A DNA stretch of 63,530 nt, filler included, from Sphacelaria rigidula (Eukaryota), in the NCBI GenBank assembly GCA_964200075.2. It is 9 parts of 9 records of this genome, joined end to end, with 100 filler letters (N's around TTAATTAATTAA, not from the genome) between each part and the next. Parts side by side here need not be neighbours in the genome. Positions count along the whole stretch, not along the records: positions 21,214 to 28,183 come from CAXNAA020017142.1; positions 28,284 to 35,253 come from CAXNAA020017143.1; 7 more parts are not named here. The stretch is one strand, 5' to 3'. Under the pieces are notes generated by a model that was not told the DNA's origin, did no database searches, and saw only the letters and a list, made by a program, of their open reading frames with translations. Made by a program: the position numbers and the translations under genes. Positions 22,167 to 33,616 of the stretch are shown here, one piece after another (position 1 is the stretch's first letter; each line of letters begins with the position of its first letter).

Positions 22167-25100
22167 CTTGTATATCATCATGAACCTGCACGTACGTGTA
22201 CTGGAGGTGGACTACTCTACAATTGCCAGTACTCGTACGTCACCCCGATCCCCTGTTCTACGTAGATCCAGCATTACTGAGTATCTGGATCACTCGAATA
22301 TCCCCCCTGATCATATACTTCAGCACTCAAAGCTAAAACAACACGTTTTGAGGGGGAAACTCGGCCTTCCGAGCAAAACCCCCATCACACACGCTGCACC
22401 GCTTGTGCTCAACAACAAACAGTCCTTCTTCGAAGACGCGCAGGCCAGGGTACCTGCACTTGACAACGGGAAACGACCTACAAATCCATGCCCCACAAAG
22501 TAGCGTGAGCCGCTTCACCCGACATAAGTGCAGATGCATTACTGAGGCCATAACCTAAAACATCTAGAGCTGACAAATCGCAAGACACACACACACAACA
22601 AAATGTGCCTACTCGCTGTCCCCAATGTTCATCAAGGCACGATGATGTCTTTTGAACAGCGTGATTGGGAGGGGCTTTGAAAGAATATCACCGTGTTGTC
22701 ACTCTGAATCCACATGTACGACCCTTACTGCTCCCGTCCTAACCAAGTCCCTCATAAAATGCCACCTCCTCACGTCGATGTGTTTGCTAGGATCTGAGCT
22801 GATAGGGTTGTCGGCCAGAGCCTTAGCCCCCTCGTTGTCCTTATGAAAAACGATGTCATACTCCACGTGTCGTCCCACCACAACCCTTGATCGTAGGAAA
22901 ATAGTTCCAACCTGACAAACATACACTCCTTCGCCCCTTCTGCCATAGCTACGTACTCGGCCTCGGTGGTTGACAGTGTAGTGCGTGAGAGGACTGCGTG
23001 CTTAGAGGACCGCATCGGAATTTGAACATCCCTATGGTTAAGGTTAGAGTTAATGTCAGGATTGTGGTCAGGGGCGTGGTACCTGCAGGGACTGGCCCGC
23101 TTGCTTATGAAAAACGTCGATCCTGGGGTGCTTTGAACGACGGCACGGTCCTCCAAGCATGCGGTCCTCTAAGCATCACAGACAGGGTAATGTAGTGTTG
23201 CGTTCGACTAGTACTCGAAACTGCTATACCTCCCTACACCACCGCTACCCCTGAAACTGATCGCCTCTGTGTCTCTTTCTTGGCGTAGTCAGCATCACAA
23301 TAGACTGAGAGCACACTCTCCCCTGAACTGAAAGTCAGACCATAGTTTATAGTCGTGTGCAGGTATACTAGGTCCTTCATCACCCCTCGCCAGTGTCTTT
23401 TACAGTAGTCATGATGATTGACGGGCCAGGTCCCGCGCTGCATTTGCTATGTCAGGCCTGGTTACCCCAGCCAACCACATCAGACCCCCTACGGCACTCC
23501 GGTCTGGTCTGTCTACCACTTTATCTCCCTGCTACATCGGTCCTAAGTCTGCTGATACTGAAGCAGGAACATCAGAACAATCAGTAACTTCAAAACGCTT
23601 CAGCATGGTGTCGATAAAGGTCGTCTGATTTACATACATGGGTACCTCTTCTCCAGTTCCTCCCGATGTCACACCCCATGTACCACTGGACTTCACCTCG
23701 GTTGTTTGTCGGAAATCTTTTGTTCAAGATATCACATATTTTCTCTACTCTTTTGTTTTACCCCCAATCAAGATGTTGTCTACATGCACAACTAGTATGA
23801 CACACGGGTCAGTTTTACTTTGTGACATCCCTGCATACTCCATCAAAGTTTTGCTCAGGAGGAGAGACCATTGCCTCCCTGCTTGCTTGATGCCGTAAAT
23901 GGATTTCTCCAGTCAAACTGTATTACCCGTCAAGGAGCCACACCCGTCTGGGAGCTTCATCAACACATTCGTGTCCATTTTACCTCGTACAAAGGCTCGG
24001 GTAACATCGAAGTGATACAGTGGTCATCCTCTCTGCATTGCCACGGCCGTGACCAACTTTTGTTGATGTCAAGGTTGGGGTGGCTGCAAACGTCTCAAAA
24101 TAGTCCACCGCGAATCTCCGGCCAAACCCACGCGCTACAAGTCTGCCTTTGCTTTGGGTATTGAACCGTTAGCGTCGGGTTTTCAACTGAACACCCATTT
24201 TGCTGTAATGATATATACCTTTTTTGGGATTTCGTTCCTTGAAACTGTATCGGCGGTTTCATGCCCATTCAGTTCTGCGCGCCTAGCACTCAATCATATT
24301 CCCTTGTACTCGGATTTTTCCACTGCTTCTACTGTTACGGGGGGGGAGGGGGGGGGTCGACATCCCTCACGTGGAGACCGATGGGGGGGCGCAAAACAAC
24401 GCTGGGCTCTGCCTCTGTTTCGTTTTCGGCCACAAACAAAAATACTCCTGCTTCGCAAAAGTCTCCTCGATCTGCATGGCCGCGCTGCCTTCCACTTCTG
24501 GTCCGGCTGCTGCAGTGATCAGGTACGTCATCCCGCACCTATCCTCCGCCATTTCATACAGTGCAATTTCTGCCTGAGCCCTCGCTTGAGGCGTCGCCAT
24601 CACGAGGTAAAAATATTCGTCTCTTTCCCACGCCCGTATTTCCTCCAGCTCCTCTGCCGCCGATGCTAGCTCGTTCCGGTCGGCTGCCACTATCGTCGCA
24701 CTGCGCGTGCGGCCTGCCATTTGCGGAGGCTGAGACATCTCGTTGTCGAGTGCAAGACGGCGTAGCTCCGTCCTTGGGAGTTCGGGAGCTCCTCCGCCCC
24801 CCTCCGTCGTTGCGCTTCGGGGTGACGACGGTTGTTGGCGACAATGTTGGCGGGGAAGTTGTTGGTGATATCGCAGGTGATTGCGGTGCCGGCGATGCGG
24901 GTGGCTTTTCTGGCGTTGTTGTTGTTGACGCTGCGGCTGTTGGCGGTGTTGTCGGCGCCCCCGACGACGGCGGTGTGGGCGGCGCCAAGCCCCGGTTACC
25001 GATGAGATTTTAAACTGGGTTACGTCAAATCCCCCGCCCTCCCCCCGCCTCGGCAAGGAGGCGACGAGGTCATCTCAACCCCCCCCAACGCCAATAGCGC

Positions 25101-27900
25101 GGGTCTGCGGTGTGGCGTCGTCTGCGTCCTGCTTGGTGTTGGGGAGCGAGAACGACACGCGACGTGAACCGCGTGATGGAGCACGCGCCACCGGGATTTG
25201 CTCCGCGGACTCGCTGCCGACCGACCATCCTTTGATCTAGCCACCCCTCGCTCCGCCGGGCGTCGGGATCGCTTGCTGTGGGGCGGGGAAAGGAGTAGGG
25301 GGAACATACGCCCATGCTACGTGCCTGGTCGCAATAATTTGCCCTGTTTCTGTCATCACGTTCACAGCATCGCGCGGGTATCTTGGGGCTGGACCAAGGT
25401 ACCAGCACCTCTGAGCGTTTTGCTATCACTTGTCTGTCCTCTGAGCTCTACAAAACCCAGGTTTTAGAAACGGGAGAAGGTTGTAAGCGGGTGGTACTCC
25501 GTGTGGCGTCTTGTTGCCCGGAGTAGCCGAGGTCGCCGTACAGTTCAAAGCATGGCATGCCCAGTTAGCTCGTTCCGCCCACAGATTCTTGCTCCTCGGA
25601 ATATTCCGATTCGGGCACATTTCCGATGCCTGAATTTTAGCCGCAAGGCCGGCCGACTCAAAGATGCTAATTGCATGTTCCGCTACAACGTTGTACTGTG
25701 AGAAGTCAGCAGTTGGTTTCTCTTTCCTGAATTTCTCCCTATCGCATAGTTCTTCGAATGCACCCTCCGAGGATTCACCTCCACTATCACTGCAAACGTT
25801 ATCAATTTTTGGCGGGTGAATCTCTGCGATATACATACTAAAGTACTGTTTGGCCTCTTTCTTTGTGCGCATAAAATACACTTTAGTATACCGGGAGTAA
25901 TCATCACGTACTATCATCATGTACCACTTTCCGCCCCGGGATCTGACTGGGTTCGGGTCTTTGATATCAACAAACACTCTGGACGCGGGCTCGACTGCTC
26001 GTGTACGAGCCGATCTTGGAATAGGCTATCGCAGTCCTTTACCTTCCGAGAATCCTCGGCACGGTCTCAACTTGCTGCGCAGCTCCACTCCGAGCTGCTT
26101 CGCTGTCTGTCGGAGTAGGTCCTCGTGGGCGTGCGCGTGGGAGCAGTGGAAGTCGTTGATATCAATAACTCGTGGTCAGGTAGTTCCCCCACGACCGTTA
26201 GGATGGATGCGTTGAGCATATATTTTTAGCTGTCTATGCTGACTGGGGATTTTCAGGATGTTGCCTGACTTCAACTCAACCCGGAAGCCGTTACTAGACC
26301 CAATGTAGGTGTGTCCTGCTTTAGAGATCCAGGTCAATGACAACAGATGGTGACGGACGCAAGGTGCGTGGTCTACAATTTTCGAATGTTGAACTACATC
26401 ACGTCCGTCAGATCGTAAAGCGAGAGTCATATTACCTCTTCCCACGATCGGGTAGGTACCACCGCCCGCAAACCGCACTACCCTATCACCACATTCTTCG
26501 CCTGATTCGAGTAAGATGACGGATTACAGAAACTACAAAGTGCCCCCCGTGTCAAGTACCCACGGTTCGCCCCCATCTGACTGCTCTACACCCCCCATCC
26601 CAGTAACAAACGCACACTCGTCTGTGTTGTCTTCGGCAATCGTCATGTCGGTGCTGGTGAACGCTTCTGCATCAGCATCCGAATATACGAAGTCGTCGTC
26701 GACAAAGTCTTCCACCACGCCCATCACCATCGCCGCGTCCTCTACAGTACTCGGACAGTCAATTAACTGGTGTCCTCTATTACCGCACCTATTGCAATAC
26801 CTGGCTGGACAGTCTCTCGCTCGATGTGTAGCCATCTTCTGACAAACGTGGAATCTCCAAGTCGTCGCAGCCCCCGACTGGCCCGTTTACGACGAAGTCG
26901 ACGATTTGCTGTTTTTGCCCTGGGCCCCCGTCGTCTCCGCGACCTGGGTCCTGGGTCTTCCTCGGTTTGCCTTTCCAGCGTGTGCCGGTAGATTTGCCTG
27001 GTTGGCCCTTGATGGCAAGGGCCTGGTCGCCTAAGGAAATATTTTTCCCCTTGGCAAGTTCCTGCTTGAGAAGTTCCGATTCCAAACGTTTTCGAACCTA
27101 CGCCACCACGACTTCCCTCGTGAGTGGCCCCTCGCGCTCTTCCAGCGCTTGTTTCTGGAAATTATATTCACAGGGAATTGGATCGACAAATTTGAGAAGG
27201 TAGTGCACCTCCATCAGGTTGATGCTCGTGGCATGTGATCGCAAATGTCTCGTCACTCCCTTCATCTCAATCAATTTCTGGACCGGGTCGTGACGAACGC
27301 CAATCTTCACATGATCATACTTGCCCAAAGGTGCTAGCCTAACCCCGTTGGTCTTTGGGACTGCAACAATTATCCAACTCACACCACACAGCTGCAGGAG
27401 AAGGAATTCGGAACAGAGTAAGCCGGTCCCGTTGTATCCTAGGCTCGCCACCAACACCTGCCTCGCTCTGATATGTTCAGCTACAGTGCGCTTTCCATGC
27501 CTTGCCTCTAGAAACCTCACGGACATCGCCGCATTCCCCACCTCCACATCGTGCGAACTATCTTCCGACGTGGTAAAATACCTGGTCAAATGCTTCACTT
27601 CTTGCAAAATTGATGAGCCTGTGTTTGTAGTGGGAGAACTCTGAACTCTTTCCAAAGAACTTGGGTACAGCAGCCTTGAAAATAGGCATTCTAGCAACAT
27701 CTTGGACATTTGGTCTGTCATGACTGAACACTGCGACAGCCGGACTTGCGGGGTATGCACCCCTTGCTCTGTCGCCTGCTGTCCTGTGATCGCTCCCGCT
27801 CGGAGCTCCCTGCTCACCCTCGCGGCTAAGTCTCCGATCTTTAGGTGTGCTGTGGTTGGCTGAGTTGTCAGCCTGGTGGTCTTGAGTTGCTCAACACTTT
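22167..27900 (-). mobile_element. Degraded near-complete Ty1/copia retrotransposon (gag-PR-IN-RT-RNaseH)
   Basis: Gag 26790-27817 with knuckle CNRCGNRGHQLIDC. Protease WVLDTGG ~26550. Integrase 25426-26170 (HCSHAH, VFVD, RDDYSRY, SDSGGE). RT ~23560-24310 (KGRLVARGF). RNase H 22625-23440 (YCDADYA, RRSVSG, STTEAEY, DNEGA, KHIDVR). Polypurine tract AGGGGGGA at 22301-22308. Many stops and frameshifts. Confidence 0.95.
22977..23180. mobile_element. 204-bp non-autonomous TIR element inserted in the copia RNase H
   Basis: 5-bp target-site duplication GACAG (22972-22976, 23181-23185). Termini TGT...ACA with ~35-bp imperfect TIRs built from tgcttagaggaccgca units. Removing it restores SRTQHYITLSTTEAEY. 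Confidence 0.9.
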
Positions 27901-28002
27901 TGGGACCGGGCCTCCAGAACGACCAAGAGGCTGGTCAGGAATGACGTGTCTGGTGTCTAGACGAAAAAGTGGCGTGTTGCTGAAAATCTGCGTATGTAAC
28001 TG

Positions 28003-28183
28003 CAGGGTTATGACGAAGACCGAAAGTTTCATCTAGCCTTTTTTCAGGTGCAGGGTGCGCATTAGGCGGTGTACATCTGATGTAGCAAGCAGGATGTATC
28101 GCAGTTGAGAGCTTCCAACAGGATGCGGCGACCGGCGGGCCGCTCACCACTTGTGGCTTTGGATTATACGTTTGTCATAACCC
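28003..28183. mobile_element. Small MITE-like element with (CA)GGGTTATGAC terminal inverted repeats; right end at the contig edge
   Basis: gggttatgacgaa at 28005 versus tttgtcataaccc at 28171-28183. Confidence 0.55.
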
Positions 28184-28283
28184 NNNNNNNNNNNNNNNNN
28201 NNNNNNNNNNNNNNNNNNNNNNNNNNNTTAATTAATTAANNNNNNNNNNNNNNNNNNNNNNNNNNNNNNNNNNNNNNNNNNNN

Positions 28284-28458
28284 GGGGGGTGTCCTCATGG
28301 TCGTGCAGGCCATAGGCACAAGACCATTGACCTTGCATCCCTACAAAGCCGGGGCGGAGCACGCCGGGTTCTCGCCGGACCAGGCTGGTGGGAGGGGGGG
28401 GTACTCATGATCATGCATGCCGCAATCATAAGAACATTGACCTCGTTTCCCTACAAAG
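28284..28458 (+). repeat. Two tandem R1 head fragments, each preceded by a G-run
   Basis: gaccattgaccttgcatccctacaaagccggggcggagcacgccggg, then gtactcatgatcatgcatgccgc...cctacaaag. Confidence 0.85.
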
Positions 28459-28642
28459 TGGATGGAGGAGGGGGGGGAAGACTTGTTGACGATCAGCAGT
28501 GCTAACCGGGCCGCCTCGGGTGATCGTAAACATGTGTTCGTATAGACGCCCGTTTGTTCTGTGCGGAGGCTGTTCGGTACTGTATCAAACAATATTCGAA
28601 TAACCATGCCCCAACCCACCCCAGCCCCCATAAATTGCATAC

Positions 28643-28836
28643 CATAGCCAGTGCTTTTTCCGAGAAAGGGGATCTATCGGCACAGGGAGCAAGTGCACTC
28701 TTGAGATGCCTACTGTAGTACAGCGCACGATATCGGTGCAGCGACAAGTGAGTGAAGTATCGAACCTCCAGTACAGTTTGACATGATAGCTGCAATTCAT
28801 TCTCGGCCGGCGACAATCTTATACTTCTTGGTAGCT
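28643..28836 (-). CDS. Probable oxidoreductase exon
   Basis: tgtcag|AG-LPRSIRLSPAENELQLSCQTVLEVRYF..EKALAM|gtatgc; the phase-1 start fits the preceding exon. Confidence 0.6.
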
Positions 28837-31800
28837 CTGACAACAATGATATCTACTCAAGCTTACGGAAGCGGGGGAGGGGGGAGTATAATGTACATCG
28901 TGAAACCCATGGGATTTACCTATTGTTTGAGTCAGGGTCAATGTCATCCTCTCGCCCCTCGAACTTTACATCAAACATGATCCCTAATCTCGGTCCCATG
29001 GATACTTATACCATCACTCGAGGGCAGGGATTACGGCAGAGCACAACAGAGCATCCATAGTTCCATAAACAACAAAATACTCCGGCAAGTAGAGTTGCAA
29101 GGCAACACACATACACACATACACACATAGGCACACACACTCATACACACTCACTCACACTCCCTCACACTCACACACACACACCTCCGCGCTCGTCTCC
29201 ACGTCTCCGAGGCATGGATTGGTGCTGCCCGTGACCGCCGGGAACTGGAGCATCGTTGCCGCCATCGAAAGCCGCACCGTTCCCGACAAAAAAAGCGGCA
29301 AGGTTTTCTTCGTCTAGGAGCTCCAATTCAGGTGCAATCGGCTGCATCGAGAGCCATCCGGTCGCAGTGGCCCGAGCAGTTTCTGGCTCCAATCCCTGCG
29401 TATATGCACACGACGTACGCACCAATGCTAGTGGTGGGGCTTTGGGCGCAGGAGAGAGGCGCCAAGCGAGATTTGCTGCAGGGAGGGATTCTACGCACTT
29501 ACTGCGTTCAATTTGCATGGCGTACACACATGGTGCCATGATCTGGCCCTTGTCCAGAACTTGGACCAACATGTGTGCGATTCCTAGGCCGGGTACCGTA
29601 TACGTATAATAGCGACATCTGCCTCCTGTGCTGCAATGGCTGCCTCTCGCCCAGCAACGGTTTCTTCTCGTCTTTCCATCCTCTTCTTGATGTACACGAG
29701 TGGCTTGCCTCTCACCACCTTTGGCAGCAGTGCCAGGAGGCGCTGCTGTTCTCCTACCTCTCTTGCGGGGCGTCGCTCTGGGGTACGCTGTGACCTGTAG
29801 CCCCCTACTTCAGCTGATAATATCTCGCGCGCATCTTCAATACTCGAAAGACGGTTTCGAGAGCTCTCTCGGCCATATTCTAAGGTTTTCATCTGTATGT
29901 CGTTTGCGTGTTTCTTCAGGGATGTAAGGATGACGTTTCTCCCCCCGCACGGAAAACAGTGCTGTCATAATCATCCTGACACCTTGCATGCTGAACGATA
30001 CGCCTGGGCACGAAACCAGCTTTCTTACGGTGTGCCCGATGCATATCATTGCTCATGTGCTCCCGTTGGTTTTGTCTGAAAGCTTCAATAGAAGATATCG
30101 TGTGAACGCATTTGAGTAAAGTTATTATTTGCGCGTGTTTTCTTGATGTGTTGGTATTCGCGAACTTTTTACTCCTACTAACAATGTTCCCCCGTGAAGG
30201 TGAAAGTTCAAACACTGGATTCACTTGATCGGAATTTCTTCGCAGACGATCGGTCATTTTCACGCCGAAGTTCGAGGACCTGCAGGCATTGGTAGAAGAA
30301 GCAGGGCGTCGCAGGACACGATCTCAACAGATGCACAGGGTGGTCGGCAATAGTAGAAGAGAGCTACGCGGCTTTTCGAGGACCCCGCAGAGGCCGGCAT
30401 CGATCGCTCCGAGGGCAGCGACGACTGCCGACGGCAACAACACGGGCTCCGATGGTAATGGTGATGCTTGTGATACTGTCTTCGGACGGAATACTCAACA
30501 GGCCCATGGCGAAGACGCAGAAGTCTATGTGGAGGAGACGGAAGCGTAGAGGTGAACGAACGGGCTCGTACAGTACAGCTGAACAACCCCTGGTATAGCA
30601 GTGCAGTACGGTACAGCATACTTCGCACTACTGATTTTGTCTATGGTCTATGGGCGATACGGGGTGAACCCCAGTTTCAGGGCGGAGTTCTATTACACGT
30701 ATCTGTGTAAGAAAACACTGTTTTTCGACTGCAGCACGATGAATACCGACGAGATTTAAAAACCTGAACCACAGAGCGTTTTGTCACAACGACCAAATAT
30801 GAAACAGCGAGAGCCTGGACCTGTACGCTCGAGGGACCCCCCGACCATCTTTCAGCCTACAAGCAAGCCGTTCAACTTTGACTACAGAAGCGATTTCAAC
30901 TTCGGAATGTGCGTCGAGTGCGAATTGATCTCGATCCCCATACTTTGTATTAAAACATTCTTTGTCATGAATCTTGGCCGCCCAATAAACCTGTGAATAT
31001 GCTCACAATCGAAGTTCACTACTCTATCTATGGCAGTATGTACTGTTGCAGTCGCCACCAAATCGCGTACATTAAGCAAAGTGTATTTAGTCCTCGTCGG
31101 TTACAGTCATGACGCATCAATCCCTGCTCCGAACTGCGTGGGTGTTTAACTGCAGGAGGCGACGCTAAACTTTCTCATTATAGAAATCGTTTTGTTCTGG
31201 CGTCATCAGTCAAGTCCACTGCAACACACTTGTTCGCGGTAGGCTCTCCGTGAATGGTTCGAATGGAATATAGCAGCGCGTGGAATTCGCTTTTTCAGAA
31301 CCGCTTGTTTGACGGGTCTCACCTCCGCGGCGCAAAATCCTTCCAGCGTATCAAGTAATGCGCGACGCTCGGACGCTTGAAAGTTCTTCACAAAGTGTTT
31401 GCTGGCTCCTTTGTGCACGCTCCGCCACACCTCCTGCGAGTCACTCTTATCGTCGTTCGGACACAGCCTGGATAATGCCATTTCAACTCTGTTGCCCCTT
31501 TCCAGGCGAGAAGCTTTGTCGGCGTCTGGCGACTCACTTCGACATCCCTGAGCAGCGACCAAAGGTCACCGATAACCGTGCGAAAAAGCGGGAAAAATAA
31601 ATAAATCATGTGGTTAAGGCTACGGTTTGTTGATTGCTTCGACAAAGCGTCCGCGCCACTTGAAAGTTAAACGTGGCTATTTTTGTTTTTACATGTGTGA
31701 TTGACGCACACCCCCACACACAGGTGGTTCCTTCCGCTGGCGCCTCATTATCACCTACCCTCATGGGATGCATGTTGCGCTTTTGATTTGACCCGCACTG

Positions 31801-33616
31801 CCCGCTCCTCTCCTGTGCGGTCTTCTGCATGAGCAGTAGAAAAACGCATGCAGGATCCATACTCACCACAATCTCGGGTGCGTCCAGTTCCAATACGTCT
31901 ACCCTGCTCTGAAGCAGGTGCTGGGTTCCAAGTACCCGTTGCAGACTCGGCTTGCCCACGCCCACAAGCGTGCTGAAAACCAATCTAGAGGCCGTTCCGG
32001 GTTCACCCTGGGCCGTTACGACATATCAAAAACATTATGTGCTTTCATACGCGCGGACCCCGGTGATCAAGCGGCCACATCACTGGCAATCTTGCGCGGA
32101 GGAGTGGAATTGAATCCCGACAGCAATGGTTGAATCTATTGGTACATGTCGTGGAAAGCGTGAAGACGTGAGGGAAGCAAGGGTTCACTGATAGCCGATG
32201 GGCTGCGGCATAGTAGTGTTGCTGGTACTATACTCGAGGATAGATGGAAGGGCAAACGCCGTGGGAGAAGATGAGATTATCCCTCGTCGGCGCAAGCCGT
32301 GAGGGTGCAACCGACCGCCCGGAGTGGTTAGTTCAAAGCACGACAAAAACGAAGTATATATATATATATATATCGGAGAAAAACGTGTATTATTTTAGCA
32401 TGCTCCTACTCCGTATGTTGCCAATGATTACGTTAATTCATGTTTATGGTGCCCGACATGCTTTCGACCGCGTTTCGTGACGTGTACGCTGAGTCGCTCG
32501 TCAACCTAGCTGCAGAGAACTCCAACCCTCGAGCATCTGGAGGTGTGGCTCGGTAGCCAACGTGTTCGACACTAGTGTGGCGCATTCCCTACGCGAACCT
32601 TGTGTCGTTTAGATACATGTCAACACGTTATTCCCGACGGGTTCCTTGCTTACCAGCATTGTCCCAAGTTGTCTCGCGTGCTGCGGACCTACGGCCACGA
32701 TCACAAGCCGAACAGCGCGGATAATCACTGCCGGATCATCGTAAACACAAACGCCCAAAGCCTGCACATACAGCAACGAAACGTGAAGATGAACGTCACA
32801 GCGAGGGCAGACTTAGTGCCAGCGACACCTCGGCGATGCGAGTTTCCTGGGTGTAGGAGAAACGAAGCATGGTAGAAGCGTGCACTCTCCACATATCCCG
32901 TTGTCCCCTTCAGCGGAATCATTGCAAATACTATAAAATGAAAGTTCTGAGAGCACCACGCAATACCGAGAGTTAAACCTGGCATGCGAGGCACGATCTT
33001 CGACGCGGTAACAACCCTTCCGCTTCGTCAGCAATTGAGCGCATTACCCGACTTCAGATCCGCGAAGGGCTACAAAGAAGCAAGCAACGCGATGGTGATC
33101 GTGTGACCTACCGAGGGACGCTAGCGAACGGGCAGCCTACCCTGAATCGTGCAAGCTTAGCTTGTCCCCTCCCAGTAACGCCTATCCTGAAAGGCTTCCA
33201 TCCATTATCCAAGAGAGTGTCTACGATCGCGGACCTTGTTTGGGAGCAAACACAGCAGATTGGAACGATCAGGGTGATGGGGGGCTCCCAGGGCGCGAAA
33301 TGACGTGGACATCACAGTGACCCAGGGCCGACGGTTTAAACGGCCGGGAAACCACTACGCAGGTCCCGTGCTTCGTCGTGACACTTCCATGATAGCCCTC
33401 GGTGAGAAGGTTCTATGCCACCGTTGAATTCTTCATTTCAGTACACAGCACACGCGCAAGCAAAATTCGGTAAGTATGTGATCATGCTTACCCTAGCTGC
33501 CCCCCCGCCCCAATGATTCCAATGAGCGGATCGCCGAGAGACTTCTTCTTTTGCTTCCGGTCCAAACCCACCATCCCCTTGAAGAGCGCCGGGATGATTC
33601 CCGCGATAAAGAGGCA
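28643..33616 (-). CDS. Multi-exon NOXRED1-like / pyrroline-5-carboxylate-reductase-like NAD(P)-dependent oxidoreductase (5' and 3' ends unresolved)
   Basis: Seven GT-AG exons with matching phases: 33492-33616, 33141-33234, 32654-32761, 31867-32007, 31323-31547, 29185-29395, 28643-28836. Spliced protein: ..LIGIIGAGGQLG/SAIVDTLLDNGWKPFRIGVTGR../ALGVCVYDDPAVIIRAVRLVIVAVGPQH../..LVFSTLVGVGKPSLQRVLG../..LLDTLEGFCAAE/GLEPETARATA.., giving the P5CR-type Rossmann fold and dimerisation helix in order. Confidence 0.8.
29104..29184. repeat. Imperfect (CA)n microsatellite at an intron 5' end
   Basis: Seen directly. Confidence 0.9.
29185..29395 (-). CDS. Oxidoreductase exon
   Basis: acgcag|GLEPETARATATGWLSMQ..GDERG-G|gtgtgt; phase 0 to 1. 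Confidence 0.7.
31323..31547 (-). CDS. Oxidoreductase exon
   Basis: gctcag|GCRSESPD..RRALLDTLEGFCAAE|gtgaga; 225 nt, phase 0-0. Confidence 0.75.
31867..32007 (-). CDS. Oxidoreductase exon
   Basis: gcccag|GEPGTASRLVFSTLVGVGKPSLQRVLGTQHLLQSRVDVLELDAPEIV|gtgagt; 141 nt. Confidence 0.8.
32654..32761 (-). CDS. Oxidoreductase exon
   Basis: gtgcag|ALGVCVYDDPAVIIRAVRLVIVAVGPQHARQLGTML|gtaagc; 108 nt, with the P5CR-like AVxPQ motif. Confidence 0.85.
33141..33234 (-). CDS. Oxidoreductase exon
   Basis: aacaag|G-SAIVDTLLDNGWKPFRIGVTGRGQAKLARFR|gtaggc; phase 2 to 0. Confidence 0.82.
33492..33616 (-). CDS. Oxidoreductase exon carrying the glycine-rich dinucleotide-binding loop
   Basis: ttcgcag|CLFIAGIIPALFKG..PLIGIIGAGGQL-GG|gtaagc. 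An alternative in-frame acceptor lies 18 nt upstream. Confidence 0.8.

Noticed and set aside
24335..25467. Multiple overlapping GC-rich ORFs as separate genes
   Set aside because: They lie in the low-complexity integrase-RT linker of the copia element.
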